NCBI GenBank assembly: GCA_964532175.1
Contig: CAZHGP010000005.1
Span: 1-43,781 of the forward strand
DNA from: an uncultured Nitrososphaeria archaeon
Lineage (GTDB): Archaea > Thermoproteota > Nitrososphaeria_A > Caldarchaeales > JAVZCJ01
Direction: 5' to 3'
DNA: 43,781 nucleotides
Shown: piece by piece, positions 8,518 through 18,356 of the stretch
Numbering within the stretch: position 1 is the stretch's first letter
Layout of the letters: every line of letters starts with the position of its first letter
Made by a program: the position numbers and the translations under genes
The notes under the pieces: model-generated
Database searches by the model: none
The model's input: only the letters and a program-made list of their open reading frames with translations
Told to the model about the DNA's origin: nothing

Positions 8518-10682
8518 GCCTCTATAATAACCCTCTTATTAGAAAAGAAGTTTTAGAATATAGAGAGTTTCAAGATAATATAGCTAAAGAATCGATTAAG
8601 AAAAATACTTTAATTGTTCTTCCAACCGCTTTAGGAAAAACAATAATAGCTGCATTAATTTCAGCTTATTTTTTATACAATTTTTATGATAAGAAAATAT
8701 TATTCATGGCTCCTACAAAACCTTTAGTTAATCAACATAGAGATGTTTTCTTAAAAATCTTAAAAATAAAGCCTGAAGATACACAAATAATAACTGGAAG
8801 GATGAATCCAGACTATAGATTACATTTATGGAATAAAAGTAAAGCAAAAATTTTCTTTGCTACTCCTGAAACTGTTAGAAATGATTTGGATGCAGGATTA
8901 AACTTAAAAGATTTTAGTTTATTAATATTTGATGAATGCCATAGAGCTGTAAAAGATTATGCTTATACAAAAGTTGCTAAAAAATATGCAAGTCAATGTC
9001 CTTATCCAATTATTATTGGTTTAACAGCTAGTCCCGGTGCTAATAAACAAAGGATAAAAGAAGTTTGTGAGGCACTTTTCATAGAACAAATCATAGCTAG
9101 AACAGAAGAAGATGAAGATGTAAAAAAATATATCAATCCAATAAAAATGGAAATTAAAATAGTTAAACAACCCGAATCTTATATAAATATTAGAAATATT
9201 TTAAAAGAGAGTTTGAATGAGAAACTTAAAGAGCTTCATTCTTTAGGTGTTATTAAGAAAGATCCAAAATATATTTATAGAAAAGATTTGCTTGAAATTG
9301 GGGAAGAGTTAAGAATTAGAATTGAAGAATCTATGCTTGATGAAGAAAGAGGGACTTTATATAATATTTTAGCTATTCAATCTATTGCTTTAATACTTTA
9401 TCATGCTCTTGAACTTTTAGATAGTCAAGGAATGCATGCACTTTTGCATTTTATGGAAAAAATTGCTGAAGGAGAAAAAAGAATCCATAAAATTCTTATG
9501 AAAGATCCATCATTTTATAAAGTTTTTCAAAAAATAAAAGAAGGACCTATTGAGGAGCATCCAAAAATTTATTTATTAAAAAGGATAGTAGAAAATGAAT
9601 TAACTTTAAATCAAAATGGAAGAATATTAATTTTTACACAATATAGAGATACAGCCTCTTTTATTTCATCTATTCTTAAAGAAAGTGGATTTAAAGCTGA
9701 AAAATTCATTGGACATGGTCAAAGAAATAAAGAAATTGAGATGACTCAAGAAGAGCAGATTGAAATACTAGAAAGATTTAGAAATGGGGAAATAAAAATA
9801 TTAGTTTCAACGAGCATAGGTGAAGAAGGATTAGATATACCTCAAGTAGATTTAGTAATATTTTATGAACCTGTTCCAAGTGAGATAAGGTATATTCAAA
9901 GGAGAGGTAGAACAGGAAGAGCAAGAATTGGAAAAGTAGTAATTCTTGCTACAGAAAATACACTGGATATGGCTTATCTTAGAACAAGTAAAAGAAAAGT
10001 TAAGAAAATGATTGAAATAATAAAGAATTTAAATATGGAACTCAAACCATTTAAAAGATTGGAACAATTTAAACCATGCATTATTCCAATGGAAAAAATT
10101 ATTGAAGCTGAAAAATTAATAAAATTAGAAATGCCATCTCATAAAGAAGAAGCTAAACCTATTTTAATTCAAAGTGTGCTAGATATAATTGATGAATATG
10201 ATGAAGTATTGGAAAAGTCTTTTTATAAAGAAGTAAATGCAATTTCAAAATATATTTTAAAGAAAGTTTTAGAAGCTGGTGAAAATGGAATAAGCATAAA
10301 ATCATTAATAGAAGAAGGTGAATATGAAGGTTTAAGTCCTGGAATAATAAATGCATCTATTAAGAAGCTTGAAAAAGCAAACCAAATATATTTAAAAGGA
10401 GGAAAAATTATGCCATATGGATATAGCTTTATGGAAAATATTTTAAGTGGAAAAACAAGTTATGAAGCTAATACTCATGAAATAGAGATTGAAAAAATAC
10501 TTCCTGGAAAAGCTATAGTAATAGTAGATGATAAATGGCATGCTATTTTGGAATCCTCAGAATACTATGGTCCAAGACAGCTTATAAAGAAAGGAAATAG
10601 ATTCAAAGCAGCAGCAAAATTATATCATTTAGATGGTAAATTATATATAAGAGTCTATGGTGTAACAGCATACTTAGATTAA
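8514..10682 (+). CDS. hef: Hef/FANCM/Mph1-type SF2 helicase without ERCC4 nuclease domain
   Basis: LPTALGKT, APTKPLVNQH, DECH, GLTASPG, GEEGLDIP, QRRGRTGR; C-terminus has no ERKxxxD. Confidence 0.88.
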   Translation: MSLYNNPLIRKEVLEYREFQDNIAKESIKKNTLIVLPTALGKTIIAALISAYFLYNFYDKKILFMAPTKPLVNQHRDVFLKILKIKPEDTQIITGRMNPDYRLHLWNKSKAKIFFATPETVRNDLDAGLNLKDFSLLIFDECHRAVKDYAYTKVAKKYASQCPYPIIIGLTASPGANKQRIKEVCEALFIEQIIARTEEDEDVKKYINPIKMEIKIVKQPESYINIRNILKESLNEKLKELHSLGVIKKDPKYIYRKDLLEIGEELRIRIEESMLDEERGTLYNILAIQSIALILYHALELLDSQGMHALLHFMEKIAEGEKRIHKILMKDPSFYKVFQKIKEGPIEEHPKIYLLKRIVENELTLNQNGRILIFTQYRDTASFISSILKESGFKAEKFIGHGQRNKEIEMTQEEQIEILERFRNGEIKILVSTSIGEEGLDIPQVDLVIFYEPVPSEIRYIQRRGRTGRARIGKVVILATENTLDMAYLRTSKRKVKKMIEIIKNLNMELKPFKRLEQFKPCIIPMEKIIEAEKLIKLEMPSHKEEAKPILIQSVLDIIDEYDEVLEKSFYKEVNAISKYILKKVLEAGENGISIKSLIEEGEYEGLSPGIINASIKKLEKANQIYLKGGKIMPYGYSFMENILSGKTSYEANTHEIEIEKILPGKAIVIVDDKWHAILESSEYYGPRQLIKKGNRFKAAAKLYHLDGKLYIRVYGVTAYLD

Positions 10683-10693
10683 TTTTTTAAATT

Positions 10694-11665
10694 TTAACTT
10701 TCTGCTACAGATGTTACTTCTTCCTTTACTTCTTTCTTTTCTTCTTTAGGAATTCTTTTCATATATTCTTCCAAATCTTTAGATCTATTTCTAATAGTAA
10801 CCAATGTGACTCCAGATGCTTTAGCAACATCTTTTTGCATAATATCTATATTGTTTTCTCTACATGCTAAATATAATGCTGCAGCTGCAATTCCTACAGG
10901 ATCTTTACCTATTGTTGCTCCAACTTCTTCAGCTTTATTTAATATTTTAATTGTTTCTTGAATAATATTTTGACTTAAACCAAGCTTTGAAGCAATTTTA
11001 TTAACATATATAGTTGGATCCGTTAATTGAACTTTAAGATTAAGATACTTCATTAATAATCTATAATCTCTTGCAATATCTTTTTTAGTAACAATTGGAT
11101 ACGCTTTTTCAAATTCTCTTAAATCTCTTGGAGTTCCAGAAATTCTACAAGCAGCATAAGTTGCTGCAGCTATAATATTTCTAATAGCTCTTCCACGTAT
11201 AAGGTCTTTTTTTAATGCTTCTTTATAAATTTGCATAGCTCCTTCAATAACATAATCTGGTAAATTAAGCTTATCAGCATATATTCTTAAAACATTTGCT
11301 GCTTGTTCAAGATTTCTTTTTTGAGCAATATTTACTTGAGACCTATAATCAGCTTTTCTTAATTCACTTAAGTGTTTTTTAGCTTCTTTTGGAAGAGCTT
11401 TTCCTTGAGCATCTTTTAAATCTTTAGAAATAGTAGTCGATAAGCCTAAATGTTCATACATAATTGATTGTGGAGGACCAACACGACTTCTACTTTTTTC
11501 ACTTTCTTCAAACTCTCTCCATTCAGGACCTTGATCTATAACTATTTCTGATAATACGTATCCACAAGATTGACAAGATACTTCTCCTGTTCTACTATCT
11601 TCTATTAAGTACTTACTTCCACATTGTGGGCACCTATATTTTCCCAAAAATTTTTCTTTTTCCAT
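10694..11665 (-). CDS. tfb: Transcription initiation factor IIB (divergent copy)
   Basis: Zn ribbon CPQCG...CQSCG, DQGPEWR B-reader, two cyclin repeats, VTIRNR; SD GAGGTGAG at 11681-11674. Confidence 0.95.
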   Translation of the reverse strand: MEKEKFLGKYRCPQCGSKYLIEDSRTGEVSCQSCGYVLSEIVIDQGPEWREFEESEKSRSRVGPPQSIMYEHLGLSTTISKDLKDAQGKALPKEAKKHLSELRKADYRSQVNIAQKRNLEQAANVLRIYADKLNLPDYVIEGAMQIYKEALKKDLIRGRAIRNIIAAATYAACRISGTPRDLREFEKAYPIVTKKDIARDYRLLMKYLNLKVQLTDPTIYVNKIASKLGLSQNIIQETIKILNKAEEVGATIGKDPVGIAAAALYLACRENNIDIMQKDVAKASGVTLVTIRNRSKDLEEYMKRIPKEEKKEVKEEVTSVAES

Positions 11666-11755
11666 TTTAAATACTCACCTCTATTTCCTAATAGTTCATA
11701 GCATTAAAATTATTCACTAAAAAATGCTCACTAATTAGGAAATTCAACCAGTACG

Positions 11756-11810
11756 AACTAATATATAAACTTTTCTCTTTAAAATTATACAAACTAATAT
11801 ATAAACTTTT
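11756..11810 (-). promoter_or_regulatory. Tandemly duplicated BRE-TATA promoter of tfb
   Basis: Exact 19-bp repeat at 11756-11774 and 11792-11810; the minus strand reads AAAAG-TTTATATA-TTAGTT. Confidence 0.75.
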
Positions 11811-11997
11811 TCATAAAAATACTAATATTTTGAAAAAAGTATTATGATAAGATATTTAATTCTTCGATTTTATTAAATTTTATGTTAATATTTTTTTATT
11901 TTTGACAAATTAATATTAAAAATTTTAATTTAAGAAAAATGAGAATATAATTATTTAAAGATAAAGACTTAAATATTCTTAAAAGAATTTTTCTCAT

Positions 11998-13626
11998 ATG
12001 AATGATTCTTCAATGCCGGAACCTTTTTTACGTTCATATCAATTACTAGATAAGCAAACTAAGTTGGAAAACTTATTTAGTATATCATATTGGCTTTGGC
12101 GATTAAACCCATCATCAATATTCCCTATAATGCTAGGTAGTGCTGTTGAAGTTTTAAAAGAATCTATAATAGTTATTACTCTTATATTTTCTTTATCCCA
12201 ACTTGCTGCAACAAACATTCTAAATGAGATTGCAAATGCACTTATAGCTAGTGATTTCTCAACATTATTTTCATTATTTTCTTTAATTATTCCAAAAATT
12301 ATAATTACTTTCATTATAGCAGCATTTACATTTTTTTTAGCTTCTATTATAGCCAGTGGTTTTTTAAATTCTGCAGAATATGGCTCTTATCTTCATTTAT
12401 TAAGAAATGGTACACTTTCAATATCAAATGTGTTAGAAGAAATGAAATTAAAATGGACTAAAATGACTTGGACAGTATTAGTAGTTGAAATTATAAAATA
12501 TGGGCCAATATTTTTAGTGCTTACTTGGATATTTTTTGATATTCTACATTTATCAACTATAGGTTTAGATCAATTAAAGTATCCATCATTTTTTAATAAG
12601 CTCTTTTTATGGGTAGGTTTTATATTAATTGCATTAATTTTCACACTAATTTTTACATTATTAACTCTTTATGCTTATCCTGTAGCTATGAATGGTCTTT
12701 ATGGATTTGCCGCAATAAGGAGAAGTATAATGGTATGTAAAGAGCTTCCTATTGATACATTAGCATACTGTGTTTTTAGAGTATTATCTTTAATATTTAT
12801 AAGCGTTATTTCATTTATAGCAAGCTTACTTGCTATTCAAATTTCATCAATCATAGCACTTATCTTAAGCTTTATTCTAACTCCAATTTTTCATATACTT
12901 AAGACTGCGATTTTCCTTAAATCACAACCTAATTCTATTATTATTTCATATTCTATCAATATTTCATTTTTAAAAGATTTCTTTTCATATATTTTGAAAA
13001 TAGGATTAGAAAAAATTAAGAAAGGATTAAATGAACTCATCATTTTTCTAACTAAACCTAAGAATATTATATTCCATATTTTTTCAATAGTTGCTTTTTC
13101 TTTAGGAGTATTAATTGGAGAATGGATTTCATATTCTGGCATTAGACAAATTTTCTACGCATTAGGATATGTACCAGGAAAAATGAATCCCTTATTTAAA
13201 GCCACGTATGGTTTGCCTTTTCTTGCTCTCGACATATCTTTTCATAATTGGCAAGTTTCACTAGCTACAGCTCTTTCTGGTGTGATATTTATTATTCCAG
13301 TTTTAACAACACTATTTTTTAATGGTTTCATTTTAGGGGTAATTATGGATATTATTCAAAACTTAACTTTACTCATGGCAGCAATACTCCCGCATGGAAT
13401 AATAGAGCTTCCTGCTTTTATAATTTCTGGTTCTGTTGGATTAAGATTAGGGTTTGATTTTCTTAAGGCTTTAAAGCAAGGTAACTTAAGTTCTAACATT
13501 GAATTTCATCAAGCTTTAAGAAGAACAATTTACATAATGCTTGGGTTAATTCCATTGTTCATCATAGCAGGAATTATAGAAACATTCATTACACCGTATA
13601 TAATGCGTGCATATGGTTGGGAATAA
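11998..13626 (+). CDS. Polytopic membrane protein with C-terminal SpoIIM domain
   Basis: ISFHNWQV...FFNGFILG...ILPHGIIELPA...AGIIETFITP; extra N-terminal multi-TM region. Confidence 0.85.
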   Translation: MNDSSMPEPFLRSYQLLDKQTKLENLFSISYWLWRLNPSSIFPIMLGSAVEVLKESIIVITLIFSLSQLAATNILNEIANALIASDFSTLFSLFSLIIPKIIITFIIAAFTFFLASIIASGFLNSAEYGSYLHLLRNGTLSISNVLEEMKLKWTKMTWTVLVVEIIKYGPIFLVLTWIFFDILHLSTIGLDQLKYPSFFNKLFLWVGFILIALIFTLIFTLLTLYAYPVAMNGLYGFAAIRRSIMVCKELPIDTLAYCVFRVLSLIFISVISFIASLLAIQISSIIALILSFILTPIFHILKTAIFLKSQPNSIIISYSINISFLKDFFSYILKIGLEKIKKGLNELIIFLTKPKNIIFHIFSIVAFSLGVLIGEWISYSGIRQIFYALGYVPGKMNPLFKATYGLPFLALDISFHNWQVSLATALSGVIFIIPVLTTLFFNGFILGVIMDIIQNLTLLMAAILPHGIIELPAFIISGSVGLRLGFDFLKALKQGNLSSNIEFHQALRRTIYIMLGLIPLFIIAGIIETFITPYIMRAYGWE

Positions 13627-13700
13627 GAATTTTATTTGAAAAAGTAAATTTAGAAAAATTATATAATATATTTTAAGTTAAAATTTTTTATAAAAAATGG

Positions 13701-14744
13701 GTGGTACAATTGCAAATTAGGATAGCTATTGTAAGATATAAAGGTCTTGAACTTTTTGGTATTTATACTGATGCTATTGAGAAATTGAAAAAATTTGGTG
13801 AAGTCAAAATATTGTATGGTTCAGATAATCCTATAGAGCTTGCAAATCAACTTCTTAATTTTCAAATTGTTATTACTGAAATCTTAAAACCAAAATTCAC
13901 ATCAGAATTCTTTGAAAGAAATAAAGATGTTCAAATGATTTTTGTTAATGGTAGAGGGTATGATAATGTTGATATAAAAGCTGCTGAGGAACATGGAGTG
14001 CTTGTTGCAAGAGTTCCAGGATGGTGTGAAGCTGAAGCTGTAGCAGAGCACACAATAGCTCTTTTGCTTACTGCTCTAAGGAAGCTTAGAGAAGCTGATA
14101 AATGGGTAAAAAATGGAGAATGGTGGAGAAAAGGATATGTTTCTATAGATTTTCTCACTAATAATATAAGAGATTTAACTATAGGAATAATAGGTTTTGG
14201 CTGGATTGGATCAAGAGTTGCTCATATACTTAAAAATGGTTTTAATGCAAAGAAAATCTTAATCTATGATCCTTATATCCCTGAAGAGAAAATAAAAGAA
14301 GCAGGCTTTCATTATATGAATAATTTTAATGATCTTCTACAAAAATCTGATGTAATACTAATTCATGCGGAGCTTACATCAGAAACATATCATATGATTG
14401 GAAAAAGAGAATTTGAGATAATGAAAGATAGAGTTATTATAATTAACACGGCCCGAGGGGCAATTATAGATAATGCTGCACTTATTGAGAATTTAAAACG
14501 TGGAAAAATAGGGTATATTTCTCTTGATGTTATTGAAGATGAACCAATAAATGAAGATCATCCATTGCTTAAATTTAATAATGTTTTCATAACACCTCAT
14601 ATAGCGTATGCAACACGGTATGCAATAAAATGTATGGATTACTCGGCTATTAATGCTGTTAAAAACTTTCTTAAAGGAAAAGAAGTATGGGAAACTATAG
14701 TTAACCCAAAGAAAATAAGAAAAACTTACGAATCATTATCTTAG
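13701..14744 (+). CDS. D-isomer-specific 2-hydroxyacid dehydrogenase
   Basis: GYDNVD, AVAEH, GIIGFGWIG, INTARG, LDVIEDEP, TPHIA. Confidence 0.93.
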   Translation: MVQLQIRIAIVRYKGLELFGIYTDAIEKLKKFGEVKILYGSDNPIELANQLLNFQIVITEILKPKFTSEFFERNKDVQMIFVNGRGYDNVDIKAAEEHGVLVARVPGWCEAEAVAEHTIALLLTALRKLREADKWVKNGEWWRKGYVSIDFLTNNIRDLTIGIIGFGWIGSRVAHILKNGFNAKKILIYDPYIPEEKIKEAGFHYMNNFNDLLQKSDVILIHAELTSETYHMIGKREFEIMKDRVIIINTARGAIIDNAALIENLKRGKIGYISLDVIEDEPINEDHPLLKFNNVFITPHIAYATRYAIKCMDYSAINAVKNFLKGKEVWETIVNPKKIRKTYESLS

Positions 14745-14857
14745 GGATTATTATTTTATGATAATTTCTACTAAGTATTTTTTCTCTTAATTTCAAAAAT
14801 TCTTTTTATATTAATAGTTATCATTGTTTTATAAATTAAGAATTGTATAATTTTATC

Positions 14858-14951
14858 ATGATTAATTTATAATTATTAATCATAAGCTTAAAATAGATAA
14901 TAGAATTTTAAATAAAAATCGAATTTTATGTAATATACATAATCATGATTA
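14858..14951. promoter_or_regulatory. Palindromic TAATCAT-based sites upstream of the P-type ATPase
   Basis: ATGATTAAT-N8-ATTAATCAT (14858-14883) and perfect TAATCATGATTA (14940-14951). Confidence 0.4.
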
Positions 14952-15050
14952 AAAATAATTTATTTTTTATTAATCCTTATATAATAGCTTATAAAAACAG
15001 TGATCTCAACAAAAATATTGGAGCTTAAACCATGAAAATAAAGCCGGGAA

Positions 15051-17831
15051 ATGGAAATGAGCACAAAGATAGCAAAAGAGAATCATACGAAAATCTATAT
15101 GTTATCAACCAAAGAAGTACTCAGGGAACTAAATACTTCAGAAAATGGATTAAGCGAACTAGAAGCAAGAAAACGATTAAAAGAATATGGACCTAATATT
15201 ATAAAAGAATTTAAGAAAAAATCAATAATCATAAGATTTTTTGAACAATTTAAAAGTTTATTTGCAATATTATTACTTATTGCAAGTTTACTTGCTGCTA
15301 TTCTAAATATGATAGAACTTAGTGTAGCCATTATATTAATAGTTATCATTAATGCTATTGTAGGATTATTACAAGAATATAAAGCTGAAAAGCTTATTAA
15401 AGAATTAAAGAAAATTATGCCACTTTACGCAAGAGTATGTAGGGATGGAATAGAAAAGAAAATACAAGCAAGTGAGCTTGTTCCAGGAGACCTTATTATA
15501 TTAGAAGAAGGAGATCGTGTACCTGCTGATGCTCGTTTAATTGAAAGTTTTGGAGTTACTGTTAGTAGTGTAACTTTAACAGGTGAGTCTGCACCTCAAG
15601 CAAAAAGTGCTGAACCATTTTTGGAAGAGAATGTACCTTGGACAGATATACCAAACATCATACTTATGGGAACAACAGTTGTGTCTGGTCATGGTAAAGC
15701 TATAGTATTTTCAACTGGAATGAGGACTAAATTTGGTTCGATTGCTAACCTTGCTCAAACTATTAAAGAAGAGTCGAGCCCTTTACAAAAGGAAATTTCT
15801 AAAACTGCTAAAACAATATCAATAATGGCAATAATAATTGGTACAATATTTTTCATTATTGGGATTCTATTAAAAATTAGTTTACTTGAAGCTTTTTTAT
15901 TTGGAATTGGAATAATGGTAGCATGTGTTCCGGAAGGTTTACAAGCAACAATATCTGTTTCATTAGCAATGAGTATTCGAAGGATGGCGCGTAAAAATGC
16001 TTTAATAAAACGTCTTTCAGCTGTAGAAACATTGGGGTGTGTTACAACAATATGTACAGATAAAACTGGAACAATAACAAAGGGGGAAATGACTGTAACA
16101 AAAATATGGATAAACAATAAAGTTTTGCAAGTTACAGGTATTGGATACGAACCTCGTGGAGACTTTATTTTAAATGGTAAAAGAATATCAATAAATGATT
16201 TGCCAGAATTAAATTTATTATTTGAAGCAGCAACATTTTGCAATAATGCAAAATTAATTCCTCCATCTGATAAAAAGTCTAAATGGGAAGCTATTGGAGA
16301 TCCCACTGAAGTTGCTTTACTTATTGCTTCTCAAAAACTTGATTTTAATATTAATTTAGCTTTAGCAAAAAAACCACGTATTCATATGATACCTTTTGAT
16401 CCAATTAGAAAAATGATGAGCTCAATCCATAATGCAAATGATAAAAAAGTAGTTTATGTTAAAGGAGCACCGATTGAGGTTTTATCTAAATGTAAATATA
16501 TTTTAATTGAAGGACTAAATAAAGAACTTTCATCTTATTATAAAGATAAAATAGTTTCACAAATAAATGAATTTGCAAAGGAAGGATTGAGGGTTCTTGC
16601 TTTTGCATATAAGGAAATACCTCAAGATATTTATGAATATACAATTGAAAATATAGAAAAAGACCTTATTTTTATTGGATTAATGGCAATGTACGATCCT
16701 CCTAGACCAGAAGTTAAAGAAGCTATTGAAAAAGCTAGGAGAGCAGGAATTAAAATAATAATGGTTACTGGAGATCATGAATTAACAGCTAAAACTATAG
16801 CTTTACAAACATCAATAATAAAAGATGATAAATGTAAAGTTTTTACAGGAGCCGACTTAGATAAATTAAGTGATGAAGAATTATTAAAAGAATTAAACAA
16901 TGATGGAGTAGTTTTTGCCAGAATTACTCCAGAACATAAGCTTAGAATAGTAAGGCTTCTTAAAAAGAAAGGTGAAATCGTAGCTGTTACTGGGGATGGA
17001 GTAAATGATGCACCATCATTAAAAGCAGCAGATATAGGGATTGCTATGGGTATTACAGGCACGGATGTAGCAAAGGAGTCAGCTGATATAATATTGCTTG
17101 ATGATAATTTTGCTACAATTGTTAATGCTATTGAAGAAGGTAGAGGTGTATATAGAAACATAAAAAGATTTACCACATACATTCTTTCTTCAAATTGGCC
17201 AGAGTTAATTCCATTTATTGCTTTTGTATTATTTAAAATTCCTCTCGCTCTTACAATTATGCAAATATTAGCTATTGATTTAGGAACAGATGTTTTACCA
17301 GCTTTAGCATTAGGAGTTGAATATCCTAAACCAATTTTAATGTTGCAACCACCAAGAAGCCAGAAAGAAAGGTTATTGGATTTAGGAATGATAGCACGTT
17401 CATTTTTCCTTGGAATAATAGAAGCTTTTGCATGCATGATTAGTGCAATTACAACATGGATATCTGGAGGATGGTATTTTGGGCATTTCTTGAATATGAA
17501 TGATTATTTATATAAAAAAGGCACAACTATGGCTTTTGCAAGTATAGTTACGTCTCAAATTGGTAATGTTTTTGCTTGTAGAACAAGTAGGACATCGATA
17601 TTTAAAGTTGGTTTTCTATCTAATAAATGGATATTTTTTGGTATTCTTGGTGAAATTATTATAACTTTATTTATAATTTATTTTCAACCATTGCAACATA
17701 TATTCAATACTGTTCCATTAAGTTTATATGATTGGCTCTTCTTATTTATATTTTCTCCAGTTATTCTTTTTGCTGAAGAAATAAGAAAATTCTTTGTAAG
17801 ACGCTTAAAGCCTATTGAAATTGAAATGTAA
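15051..17831 (+). CDS. Cation-transporting P-type ATPase (type II)
   Basis: TGES, CVPEGL, DKTGT phosphorylation site, KGA, DPPR, TGD, GDGVND. Confidence 0.95.
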   Translation: MEMSTKIAKENHTKIYMLSTKEVLRELNTSENGLSELEARKRLKEYGPNIIKEFKKKSIIIRFFEQFKSLFAILLLIASLLAAILNMIELSVAIILIVIINAIVGLLQEYKAEKLIKELKKIMPLYARVCRDGIEKKIQASELVPGDLIILEEGDRVPADARLIESFGVTVSSVTLTGESAPQAKSAEPFLEENVPWTDIPNIILMGTTVVSGHGKAIVFSTGMRTKFGSIANLAQTIKEESSPLQKEISKTAKTISIMAIIIGTIFFIIGILLKISLLEAFLFGIGIMVACVPEGLQATISVSLAMSIRRMARKNALIKRLSAVETLGCVTTICTDKTGTITKGEMTVTKIWINNKVLQVTGIGYEPRGDFILNGKRISINDLPELNLLFEAATFCNNAKLIPPSDKKSKWEAIGDPTEVALLIASQKLDFNINLALAKKPRIHMIPFDPIRKMMSSIHNANDKKVVYVKGAPIEVLSKCKYILIEGLNKELSSYYKDKIVSQINEFAKEGLRVLAFAYKEIPQDIYEYTIENIEKDLIFIGLMAMYDPPRPEVKEAIEKARRAGIKIIMVTGDHELTAKTIALQTSIIKDDKCKVFTGADLDKLSDEELLKELNNDGVVFARITPEHKLRIVRLLKKKGEIVAVTGDGVNDAPSLKAADIGIAMGITGTDVAKESADIILLDDNFATIVNAIEEGRGVYRNIKRFTTYILSSNWPELIPFIAFVLFKIPLALTIMQILAIDLGTDVLPALALGVEYPKPILMLQPPRSQKERLLDLGMIARSFFLGIIEAFACMISAITTWISGGWYFGHFLNMNDYLYKKGTTMAFASIVTSQIGNVFACRTSRTSIFKVGFLSNKWIFFGILGEIIITLFIIYFQPLQHIFNTVPLSLYDWLFLFIFSPVILFAEEIRKFFVRRLKPIEIEM

Positions 17832-17840
17832 AAAATAATA

Positions 17841-18356
17841 TTAATAATTCTCTTTAATTCTCTCAATTTTACGTGATAAGATCTCTATAAGTTGCTCTTC
17901 TTCAAGAGCATGTTTCTCATCTTGTGTAAGTTCCTCTGGTAACCATTTTGGCTTAGGTTTATCCTTAAAATATGCTCTTATGGCTCTTCTTAAGGCTCCT
18001 ACAGCAAGTATTCCACAATGATATTTGACAGCTGGGAGTCCTCCAAGCTCATCTGAAATTCTTTTCCAAGAAATTTGCCAAGCTTCTTCTAATGTTTTAT
18101 CTTTAATAATCTCAGTCAGTATGCTTGAAGCAGCTATATTTGCTGCACAACCATAACTTTCAAATGATGCTTTAATTATTTTTTGAGTATTTTTATCTAT
18201 TTTAAGATATATTGCAATCATATCTCCACAAGCTATACTTCCAGCTACAGCTGAAGCATCTGCATCTTCCATTTTACCTAAATTCTTAGGATTTCTAAAA
18301 AGTTCCAAAACTTTAGGATTATATGGTAAAGGAATTCTACTAGACATTTTTCTCAT
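17841..18356 (-). CDS. iscU: IscU/NifU-N Fe-S scaffold
   Basis: FRNPKNLG, ACGD, GCAANIAAS, LGGLPAVKYHC; three conserved Cys. Confidence 0.92.
   Translation of the reverse strand: MRKMSSRIPLPYNPKVLELFRNPKNLGKMEDADASAVAGSIACGDMIAIYLKIDKNTQKIIKASFESYGCAANIAASSILTEIIKDKTLEEAWQISWKRISDELGGLPAVKYHCGILAVGALRRAIRAYFKDKPKPKWLPEELTQDEKHALEEEQLIEILSRKIERIKENY

Noticed and set aside
11752-11828. CRISPR-like repeat-spacer unit
   Set aside because: Only two 19-bp copies with a 17-bp gap, no cas genes, and the repeat is a BRE-TATA sequence. No CRISPR array was seen anywhere in the window.
15032-15196. Out-of-frame ~54-codon ORF overlapping the P-type ATPase start (possible leader peptide)
   Set aside because: It lies almost entirely within the ATPase coding region and has no motif or other support.
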